Of a stretch of DNA of 60,090 bases, positions 47,768 to 56,400 are shown piece by piece. Positions within the stretch are counted from its first letter, which is position 1. Every line of letters starts with the position of its first letter. The notes under the pieces are model-generated. The model had not been told where the DNA came from. It searched no databases and saw only the letters and a program-made list of their open reading frames with translations. Source of the DNA: Myxococcota bacterium (GTDB lineage Bacteria > Myxococcota_C > UBA6777); NCBI GenBank assembly GCA_023150835.1, contig JAKLKB010000066.1, positions 1 through 60,090 of the forward strand, written 5' to 3'. The translations under genes were made by a program, and so were the position numbers.

Positions 47768-49317
47768 GTGACCCCGGCATGACGAGCTATCACAAATTGG
47801 GCCTCGGCGGGTTGTACCTCACGCTGTGTGCTTTCGAGAAAAATCCCCGATTGATCGAGTCTTTCGGTGATAAAGGCTGGTCTTGGAAACGGTCGCCTAC
47901 TGCGGTTTGCTTTCGTTTGGAAAAAGAACCCAACCTCTTTTTTCAACAATTGGTTTCTGAGTCATTCAAGTTGCGGGATGGCCTGTTTGCTTTTCCAGCG
48001 TTAGGCGATCCGATGCAATCTCCCGAATATGCCGCTTGTTTGCACGAAGGGATCTTGCAAACCATTCTACAACACGGACTCACCCGAGAGGCAGAACCCC
48101 CAAAAAAAGGCACAGGGCATTTGGTCTTCGAGTACGAGGACGGTTATGAAACGATCCACTACCGAAAAGTTAAATCATACGTCCATCAGCGAGCGGTGAT
48201 CGATGTTTCGACGCCTTTTTCTGTGGCTGGATGGGGGTTCCCGGGTGGAGCTGTGCGGCACACCGCGTTTACCAAAGACACAGAACTCCGCGAGCCTCTT
48301 GAAAGGGCTTTGTGCCTTCTCTTTGCGATCGTTGGGGCGCTTTATTTTCGTTTGCGCGGTCGAGGGGCAGGGGTTCGCGCCAATTACGCTTTGGTGATCC
48401 CCGAAATAACGAACCTTGAGCAATACCGGTCCATGCGCTCGCAGTTTGGTCGATTTGGCGCAGAGCGATTTTTGGTGGCGGGGCGAGCCGAAGCGGGTTT
48501 ACAAGTCCTTTTGGAGCTGGACGCGCAGGGCCTTCTTCAAGAATTTCATGGTGCGGTCTGTCGTGTTGTTCTTTTGTCCACACTGCCGTGGTCAAAGCAG
48601 CAAAAAACACGCGCTGATGTGTTGGCGTTGGGGAAGATTCCTGAGCAATGTTTGCGGGTATATCGGCTTTGTAAGCAAGGCTTTCGCTCTCGCCTTGTTC
48701 GTCATCCCGAAACAGGAGAGACTTTTTGGAGCGTTCCGCAAAGCCCCGCGCTGATCGCAGAAAATCTTTCCAAAGGAAAATTATCTTGGTGGGACGGCTT
48801 TGCAGATTTTTCTTCGGATAAGGAAAGAGCAAAAGCCATTTTTTCTAAAGAACAAGGAGGTTTGTATCGGATGGTGACAAACGAACAAGCGATGCCAAAA
48901 GACAGCCCGCAAACAATCTTTGTTGCGGCTTGTCATGAAGCATGGAAACGGCGTCTCGGAAAGATCGGCGAAAGAGCAAGAAGCGCCAACTTGGATTTTT
49001 CGCGTCAGGTTTCAAAAGAATTTGAGAAGCTACGGGTCACGTTTTCGCGTGCAAAAAACGCAGCGACGTTGCGAGCGGCGATCACGGATTTTTGGGTGCG
49101 TGGTGGCACAGGTCTTGGGCCGCTTCAGGGCGACGGTTGGCGCAAGATCCTGCCCCTCTTGGATGACTGGAGCCAAGCGCGAGATCTCGTGCTGTTGGCC
49201 CTCGCAAGCTATCAACCCACAACCAAAGAGGAAGCTGTGGCTCTCGCAATGACTGATCCGCAAGCGAGTGATGCACCCGAAATGGATTCGCAAGAAAGCG
49301 AAACATCCGAAGAATAG
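47686..49317 (+). CDS. cas8: Type I-MYXAN large subunit Cas8 (Cas8a1/Cmx1)
   Basis: PGMT..H..GL.GL..TL, GW..PG..VRH, L.LLFA.VG, W.KQQKTR, DL.LLALASY; position between cas3 and cas7. Confidence 0.9.
   Translation: MAKARAKQKAEQAHKKAEQACEITLQLSDPGMTSYHKLGLGGLYLTLCAFEKNPRLIESFGDKGWSWKRSPTAVCFRLEKEPNLFFQQLVSESFKLRDGLFAFPALGDPMQSPEYAACLHEGILQTILQHGLTREAEPPKKGTGHLVFEYEDGYETIHYRKVKSYVHQRAVIDVSTPFSVAGWGFPGGAVRHTAFTKDTELREPLERALCLLFAIVGALYFRLRGRGAGVRANYALVIPEITNLEQYRSMRSQFGRFGAERFLVAGRAEAGLQVLLELDAQGLLQEFHGAVCRVVLLSTLPWSKQQKTRADVLALGKIPEQCLRVYRLCKQGFRSRLVRHPETGETFWSVPQSPALIAENLSKGKLSWWDGFADFSSDKERAKAIFSKEQGGLYRMVTNEQAMPKDSPQTIFVAACHEAWKRRLGKIGERARSANLDFSRQVSKEFEKLRVTFSRAKNAATLRAAITDFWVRGGTGLGPLQGDGWRKILPLLDDWSQARDLVLLALASYQPTTKEEAVALAMTDPQASDAPEMDSQESETSEE
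48871..49317 (+). CDS. cas11: Predicted Cas11 small subunit translated from an internal in-frame start in cas8
   Basis: AAGGAGG at 48854-48860 inside cas8, in-frame ATG at 48871, 148-aa helical product. Confidence 0.7.
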   Translation: MVTNEQAMPKDSPQTIFVAACHEAWKRRLGKIGERARSANLDFSRQVSKEFEKLRVTFSRAKNAATLRAAITDFWVRGGTGLGPLQGDGWRKILPLLDDWSQARDLVLLALASYQPTTKEEAVALAMTDPQASDAPEMDSQESETSEE

Positions 49318-49325
49318 GAGAAAAC

Positions 49326-50285
49326 ATGACGAAACATCTCTACGGGCTGATCTCCACATCGTTTGGAGTTGCAGCAAACAATCGCGGCGAAAACGAAGGG
49401 CACATCTCTACGCTACAAAAGATCTTGTGGCATCGCGACGACGTTCACACAACAGTTTCTGCGGAAGCTATTCGTTTTGCCGTACGCGATATATGCCAAA
49501 AAAAAGGCTTGGTGCTGAACCGAACGTGGTTCGAACACCAGAACCAGTGGGCTGATCCGAAGTTTGAGCAAGCGGGAACATTTTGGGACGATGACGTCTT
49601 GGGCTTCATGTCCGCAGAAGCTGCAAAGCAAGACGGCGGGGAGGCTGATGTAGCCGAAAAGCCGAAGCCACAAGCCTCTACAGGCAAACCAAAAAACAAA
49701 AAAGCAAAACCTCGGGGAACCACCTTGGTGCGGCGTTCTCGTTTGGAGATCTCACGAGCTGTTTCCTTGTCTCCTTTTCGTGGGGAAGTTAGCTTTAACT
49801 CCGCCAGCATCGGTGCTACACCATCCGCCAGCAGCACAGGGAAAGATCCCGTTCCTTACGGAACAGAAATCCATGCGACGCGGTATCAATACGCGTTTGC
49901 CCTCACCCCAGAAGAACTCGCCAAAAAAGAACGCGCTTTGGATGTTGTGGACATCTTGATGCAATTGTCCCATGTTGCAGGAAATCAATCACGCTTTCTG
50001 TACGACTTCTCCCCCGACTCCGTGATCTTCCGATGGACCGACGATTTTGCACCGCGAATGCTTTATGCTTTTGAACAGCCCGAGGGTACCGAGCTTTGCG
50101 TCCCTTCCATCCTACAGCGCGTTCAATGCGGCGATATCGAACCAAAAGAATTGGTGATCGGTGGCGCGATCGCATCCGCTCCAGACGGCCACATTTTGCA
50201 AAAGGCGGGCGCAACCGTTGTTCTTGGGGTTCGGCAAGCTGCAAACGAGATCATCGCACGCATCAAAAAAGATCTCGGTCTGTGA
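49326..50285 (+). CDS. cas7: Cas7 (Cst2/DevR) backbone subunit
   Basis: AANNRGENEG...LQK, VSAEAIRFA.R, DDDVLGFM, E.HATRYQY, VAGNQSRFLYDFSP. Confidence 0.95.
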   Translation: MTKHLYGLISTSFGVAANNRGENEGHISTLQKILWHRDDVHTTVSAEAIRFAVRDICQKKGLVLNRTWFEHQNQWADPKFEQAGTFWDDDVLGFMSAEAAKQDGGEADVAEKPKPQASTGKPKNKKAKPRGTTLVRRSRLEISRAVSLSPFRGEVSFNSASIGATPSASSTGKDPVPYGTEIHATRYQYAFALTPEELAKKERALDVVDILMQLSHVAGNQSRFLYDFSPDSVIFRWTDDFAPRMLYAFEQPEGTELCVPSILQRVQCGDIEPKELVIGGAIASAPDGHILQKAGATVVLGVRQAANEIIARIKKDLGL

Positions 50286-50307
50286 GCCGTTTGGTCAGGA
50301 GATAGCC

Positions 50308-50970
50308 GTGAGTTCTTCTTTTCTTTCTCTGTTTGTTTCCGTCCCGATCGCGTCTTTTCGTGTTGCACAGGCTCGCGAGTATTGGGAAACCTATCCCTGC
50401 CCGCCGCCTTCCACGGTGTACGGTATGTTGCTCTCTCTCGTTGGAGAAGAAGATCGTTTTGCCCATCAAGGCGCTGAGATCGCCACCGCGTTGCTCTTGC
50501 CCGAACCATCGCTCTCTCGGATTCTTCGAAAAACATGGCGCGTCAAGAAACTTGATGAGGGCCTTGGTCGGGGAAACAACGTGCGCCCCGATTTTCAAGA
50601 GCTGTTGACGGGGGTTCGCTTGGGGGTGTTTCTGCGATCAGGCCCAAACGAAAGCACGCAACATCCGACTCTTTACGAACGTGTGCAATCGACCTTGGCT
50701 GCGCCCTCACAGATTCGACGGTTTGGTGGCTTGAGTCTTGGCGAAAGTACTCATCTCGTCGACGAACTCCGACTTTTACGCTCCAACGACGCACAGCAAG
50801 GAGCGTTGTGGCTATCCCCCTCGAATATCGGCTCTTTTAGTTTACCGATCTGGCCAAATCACGTCGGCTTGGAAGGAACTCGTTGGCAACAGTTCCGCTT
50901 GGAAGAAGCGCAAAAGAACCAACCCCTCGATCCAAGCCATGTTTGGGTCACGATCCGATCTGCTGAGTGA
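50308..50970 (+). CDS. cas5: Cas5 (Cmx5/DevS)
   Basis: VPIASFR...AREY.ETYP.PPPSTVYGMLLSLVG, RPDFQELL, RFGGLSLGESTHLVD. RBS AGGAG before GTG. Confidence 0.95.
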   Translation: MSSSFLSLFVSVPIASFRVAQAREYWETYPCPPPSTVYGMLLSLVGEEDRFAHQGAEIATALLLPEPSLSRILRKTWRVKKLDEGLGRGNNVRPDFQELLTGVRLGVFLRSGPNESTQHPTLYERVQSTLAAPSQIRRFGGLSLGESTHLVDELRLLRSNDAQQGALWLSPSNIGSFSLPIWPNHVGLEGTRWQQFRLEEAQKNQPLDPSHVWVTIRSAE

Positions 50971-51002
50971 AACTTCGATCTTTGAAAACAGAATCGATGT
51001 CT

Positions 51003-51131
51003 CTTTCGACTTCTCAGATGCCGCAAGGCGTTCATTTCAGGAGAACACACCAGAGCGCTACACAACACACAGCGCGAGTTCTCCGCGTCTGATCCCCACT
51101 ATTCTCTCGGATGCCGTAAGGCGTTCATCGA
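51003..51131 (+). CRISPR. Degenerate two-repeat mini-array (crRNA-like element) between cas5 and cas4-cas1
   Basis: 51003-51038 matches the array repeat at 24/36; 51096-51131 at 29/36 with 25 contiguous identities. Both keep the TGCC-GNAA-GGCG hairpin. Confidence 0.85.
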
Positions 51132-51137
51132 AACGAT

Positions 51138-51178
51138 CGCGGCGCACTTTTTTGTTTGTGCGCTTGTGGCGTTTTTTT
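51138..51178 (+). terminator. Predicted intrinsic terminator after the mini-array, before cas4-cas1
   Basis: GCGCAC (51142-47) / GTGCGC (51158-63) stem, extendable, then T7 at 51172-51178. Confidence 0.55.
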
Positions 51179-51195
51179 GACGTTGGAGGCTTGGT

Positions 51196-52854
51196 ATGGA
51201 AGAGGATCTGAAATCCCCAGAAGAAGGGCTTTTGCGCGTGATGGCACTACACGCGTTGGTTTACTGCGAACGGTTGTTTTTCCTCGAAGAAGTAGAAGAG
51301 TTGCGCGTAGCAGATTCCGCCGTTTTTGCTGGTCGTACTCTTCACGAAGAACTGCGTCGTACAGAAGAAGAAGACGGCGAGTGGACGAGCCTTTCCCTCT
51401 CTAGCGAGTCGCTTGGACTCGTTGGAAAAATGGATGCTGTTCGCAAACGAGATGGCCAGTGGATCCCTTACGAGCACAAAAAAGGGCGGTCTATGCGCGG
51501 CGATCGAAAACCACAGGCTTGGCCGTCAGATGCTTTGCAGGTGGCTGCGTACGCGATGCTTTTGGAAGAGCATTACGGTTGTGTTATCGAAGAAGGGCGC
51601 ATTCGTTATCATGCCGAGAAGATCACCGTGCGCGTTTTGATCGACTCGTCTTTGCGTGAGGCTGTGCGAAGTACTGTGTTGAGGGCGCGAGCGCTGCGTG
51701 CTTCTTTGGAAAGGCCGCCCATCACGACCGAAGAGAACCGTTGCTTGCGTTGTTCCCTCGCCCCTGTTTGCTTGCCAGAAGAAGAACGGCATCAATCCGA
51801 TCCTACATGGGCAACTGTTCGCTTGTTCCCACCCCACCAAGAAAGAAAAACACTTCACATCGTTTCTTATCAAGCGCAGATCGGGAGGGCTGGTGATACG
51901 TTGAAGATTCGGCAAGAAGGCGAAGAACAAACGTACCCCATCCATGAAGTCGGAACCTTGGTTCTTTATGGCACACCTCAAATCACCACACAGGCTTTGC
52001 ATTCGTGTTTGGCGCATGATATCGCTGTCCATTGGGTGACACGAGCAGGGCGCTATCTTGGAGGAATTTCTGCGGGGGTTGGAGCTGTGCAGCGCAAATT
52101 ACGCCACTACGAGGCTTTTGCCGACGCCTCGCGACGGCTTGGGCTTTGCCGACGGTTGATATCCGCAAAGATCGAAAATTCTTTACGGTTCTTGTTGCGC
52201 GCCACACGCGGCGAGCAAGACCGTCGCGCCTCTGTGGAAGATTTCATCTCTGAAATGCGTCGATCTCTCAAAAGTGTCACGCACGCCGAAGACGAAAATG
52301 CAATCCGTGGTTTTGAGGGGAATGCTGCACGAGCCTACTTTGCAGCCTTGCCTTTTTTGATTAGTTCGGAGGTCGATCGGTCCATGCTCCCAAAGGGGCG
52401 ATCAAAACGCCCTCCAAAAGACCGTTTCAATGCGTTGCTCAGTTTTGGTTACGCTTTGGTTTACCAACGCGTTTTGCAGGCGATCTTGGTTGTTGGTTTG
52501 GAGCCTGCGCTCGGCTTCTTCCACACACCACGCTCGGCAGCGCACCCGTTGGCTCTGGATCTGATGGAGCTATTTCGTTGTGTCTTGTGGGATATGCCTC
52601 TTGTGGCTTCTGTGAACCGACGCACTTGGGGACCTGATGAAGACTTTTCTATTGTTGGTGAGCAGGTCTGGCTTTCGGAGCACGGAAGGAAAAAGGCTAT
52701 CCAGATCTTTGAACGGCGATTGGAAGAAACTTGGAACCACCCCGCAGTGGATTATTCGCTCTCTTATGCGCGCATGGTTGAATTAGAAGTTCGCTTGCTT
52801 GAAAAGGAATGGACTGGATCTCCGGGGCTTTTTGCACAATTTCGGATCCGTTAG
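51196..52854 (+). CDS. cas1: Cas4-Cas1 fusion
   Basis: Cas4 part: YCERLF, G..LH, GKMD, EHKKG, QVAAY, CLRCSLAPVC. Cas1 part: RGFEGNAARAYF, RPPKDRFNALLSFGY, GFFH, LALDLMELFR. Confidence 0.97.
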   Translation: MEEDLKSPEEGLLRVMALHALVYCERLFFLEEVEELRVADSAVFAGRTLHEELRRTEEEDGEWTSLSLSSESLGLVGKMDAVRKRDGQWIPYEHKKGRSMRGDRKPQAWPSDALQVAAYAMLLEEHYGCVIEEGRIRYHAEKITVRVLIDSSLREAVRSTVLRARALRASLERPPITTEENRCLRCSLAPVCLPEEERHQSDPTWATVRLFPPHQERKTLHIVSYQAQIGRAGDTLKIRQEGEEQTYPIHEVGTLVLYGTPQITTQALHSCLAHDIAVHWVTRAGRYLGGISAGVGAVQRKLRHYEAFADASRRLGLCRRLISAKIENSLRFLLRATRGEQDRRASVEDFISEMRRSLKSVTHAEDENAIRGFEGNAARAYFAALPFLISSEVDRSMLPKGRSKRPPKDRFNALLSFGYALVYQRVLQAILVVGLEPALGFFHTPRSAAHPLALDLMELFRCVLWDMPLVASVNRRTWGPDEDFSIVGEQVWLSEHGRKKAIQIFERRLEETWNHPAVDYSLSYARMVELEVRLLEKEWTGSPGLFAQFRIR

Positions 52855-52863
52855 GAGGTCGCG

Positions 52864-53157
52864 GTGGGTTCAGAGAAACGGTGGTATCTGTTCGCATACG
52901 ACGTACGCGAACCCAAACGGTTAAAGAGCGTTTCCAAGATATTGGAAGGATATGGAATACGTGTTCAGTACAGCCTTTTTCGATGCCGCTTGACGCCTCG
53001 CGAATTGGAGCGTTTGCGGTGGGAACTCTCTCGCGTCATGCTTTCAGAGGACGCTTTGATGGTGGTTGGACTCTGCTCGCAGTGCGCTGATCGTGTTCAT
53101 ACAACAGGATGCTCGCACGCGTGGGACAGCGAGTTTTCCACGTTTGAGATCGTTTGA
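52864..53157 (+). CDS. cas2: Cas2
   Basis: YLFAYDVREPKRL..V.K.L.GYG.RVQYSLF.C.L. Confidence 0.96.
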   Translation: MGSEKRWYLFAYDVREPKRLKSVSKILEGYGIRVQYSLFRCRLTPRELERLRWELSRVMLSEDALMVVGLCSQCADRVHTTGCSHAWDSEFSTFEIV

Positions 53158-53445
53158 GCGGGCGGATAGCGCGCCTCGGAAAGTGTGAAGCAAAAATTCA
53201 AGCAACCGAACCCGTTTTGCTTGCCTTGAGGTGTTCTTGTTGCTTTCGCTTGTTTTCTTGGGGGGTTTGGCGGAAGAGGCGTTGATTTTGATGCTTGACT
53301 GTTGTGTTTCTCTTGGTATCTCAGACCTTTAACAAGGTGAGCCCTGTGCTTTCAGCCCAAAACCTTGTGGCCTTTTGGCTATCTGAAAAGGTTCTTGATT
53401 TCTAGGTTGGAATTCGTATATAAAAGCAAGGCTTAAAGGGAGGCC
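53158..53445 (+). promoter_or_regulatory. CRISPR leader
   Basis: Non-coding stretch between cas2 and repeat 1, AT-richer near the array. Possible TTGACT-16-TATCTC promoter near 53295-53322. Confidence 0.75.
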
Positions 53446-56400
53446 CTGCCATTCTCTCGGATGCCGTAAGGCGTTGAGCACTTTTGAGTTAAAATCAATT
53501 AGGTTCTCCCATTCTTCCTGCCATTCTCTCGGATGCCGTAAGGCGTTGAGCACTCCGTGCTGTCCAGCGCCCTCGACCGCGCTATATCCTGCCATTCTCT
53601 CGGATGCCGTAAGGCGTTGAGCACGTTCCGATCTCGATCATCGCGAAGCCTCCGTGCTGTCTGCCATTCTCTCGGATGCCGTAAGGCGTTGAGCACAATC
53701 ATCCGATTGCATCGCATCCATCGCATCCACCCTGCCATTCTCTCGGATGCCGTAAGGCGTTGAGCACGACTGGTGCGACGATGAGCCACGATCTGCCGAG
53801 ATCTGCCATTCTCTCGGATGCCGTAAGGCGTTGAGCACAAGTAGAGGATGAACCTGCGCCCCCTGCACCGTCCCTGCCATTCTCTCGGATGCCGTAAGGC
53901 GTTGAGCACCTTAACCCCAACGGGCAGGAGCTTCAAGATTGGGCCTGCCATTCTCTCGGATGCCGTAAGGCGTTGAGCACATGAAGCTCGATTTGACGAG
54001 CGTCACCGCGCTTCCGCCTGCCATTCTCTCGGATGCCGTAAGGCGTTGAGCACCGTAAGAACTTTTCCTTCTGCGCCCACCTTCACGGTGCTGCCATTCT
54101 CTCGGATGCCGTAAGGCGTTGAGCACACCTCGCTGGCGACGTGATGCTCTATCACGTTGGCGGTCTGCCATTCTCTCGGATGCCGTAAGGCGTTGAGCAC
54201 CGGTCAAGCGCGGTTGCAAGGCTCATTTCAAGAACCTGCCATTCTCTCGGATGCCGTAAGGCGTTGAGCACTCGATCTGGAGTTCGTCGCCCACATTCAT
54301 TTGGATCTGCCATTCTCTCGGATGCCGTAAGGCGTTGAGCACTCTTTCTGTGGTGCAGACGTTCGCGCTAGAGCAAACCTGCCATTCTCTCGGATGCCGT
54401 AAGGCGTTGAGCACCGGCACGTTTTTTGTTCTTGTGCGGGTTGGCGCACTGCCATTCTCTCGGATGCCGTAAGGCGTTGAGCACGAATCAGCGTGGCCTT
54501 CACCTACAAGCCTGTCGTGAGCCTGCCATTCTCTCGGATGCCGTAAGGCGTTGAGCACCAGGATCTGCCCATCGAAGAGCGCGTCAAAGTCGTGCGTCTG
54601 CCATTCTCTCGGATGCCGTAAGGCGTTGAGCACAGGAGTGTTTGGTAGCCCGCCGCCATCTGCCCCTGCACCTGCCATTCTCTCGGATGCCGTAAGGCGT
54701 TGAGCACGGAGGAAATGCTTCAAAACACCCAAGTTGATCCCGCGCTGCCATTCTCTCGGATGCCGTAAGGCGTTGAGCACCAAGCGCTAATGCGTGGATC
54801 GAAAAGCAATACATAATCTGCCATTCTCTCGGATGCCGTAAGGCGTTGAGCACATGTACAAGATGCCCTTTCCGCCCTTGCATCTAGTCCTGCCATTCTC
54901 TCGGATGCCGTAAGGCGTTGAGCACCGAGGATCGACGCGACAAGTGCGCTGTTTGTGCCGAGCTGCCATTCTCTCGGATGCCGTAAGGCGTTGAGCACCG
55001 ATCAAGTAGATCGTTTTCGGTGCGATCCATCACCTGCCATTCTCTCGGATGCCGTAAGGCGTTGAGCACGTGGAAATCTTCCTACAATCCCTTGGATGGA
55101 TAACCTGCCATTCTCTCGGATGCCGTAAGGCGTTGAGCACTTCCACCAAACCCCTGCGCTTTGGCCGAGGTTTAGGTGTCTGCCATTCTCTCGGATGCCG
55201 TAAGGCGTTGAGCACCGTACCAAGCGCGGAACATCTCGGACATCGCCGATCCTGCCATTCTCTCGGATGCCGTAAGGCGTTGAGCACATCAAAAATCGGG
55301 TCAATGGGATCTTTAAGTACCCCGTCTGCCATTCTCTCGGATGCCGTAAGGCGTTGAGCACCTGATCCCACACCACTTGAGGCCCGCCCGTCGTTTTCTG
55401 CCATTCTCTCGGATGCCGTAAGGCGTTGAGCACTTATCGTCGAAAGACTCTTGAAAGGACTTGATCATTCTGCCATTCTCTCGGATGCCGTAAGGCGTTG
55501 AGCACAGAGAGATAAGAGCGAAGAAGAGACAGACGACACAGACTGCCATTCTCTCGGATGCCGTAAGGCGTTGAGCACCTATCTAGTTGCTCTTTGTTGG
55601 CTCTTGCGTACTTTTCCTGCCATTCTCTCGGATGCCGTAAGGCGTTGAGCACCTCTTTAAGGAAGCCGAGTTGATTGCGCAATCGTTCCTGCCATTCTCT
55701 CGGATGCCGTAAGGCGTTGAGCACGATATCGAGCAGATCGTGCGAAAGTTTGGGCGCGGCGAAGGTTCTGCCATTCTCTCGGATGCCGTAAGGCGTTGAG
55801 CACCCGAATTCTTTTTGCTGTAGATATGCGCGCAGGAGCTGCCATTCTCTCGGATGCCGTAAGGCGTTGAGCACCCGTGGGCAAGATGTGGCTGATCTCG
55901 GCGGTGGCCTGCCATTCTCTCGGATGCCGTAAGGCGTTGAGCACGGGTATTTCTCTAACAGTTTCGTCCACCATTCTTGCGGCTGCCATTCTCTCGGATG
56001 CCGTAAGGCGTTGAGCACCGTTGAGATTCCCCCGTGTAGGAAAAAGCCCATTCCTGCCATTCTCTCGGATGCCGTAAGGCGTTGAGCACGGTCGATCACT
56101 TTATCATCCGAATCGACCAGCCAAATTCTGCCATTCTCTCGGATGCCGTAAGGCGTTGAGCACAGCAAAAAACAGTCGGCCTTGCCTTTAGACGATAACT
56201 GCCATTCTCTCGGATGCCGTAAGGCGTTGAGCACAAGAAGCAAGTGAATATGATTCGGATGTGACTGATTTGCTGCCATTCTCTCGGATGCCGTAAGGCG
56301 TTGAGCACCACGAGCAGCGGCTAGTGCATATCTGGGCGGGGAGACTGCCATTCTCTCGGATGCCGTAAGGCGTTGAGCACACAAAGGATCACAAACGCAA

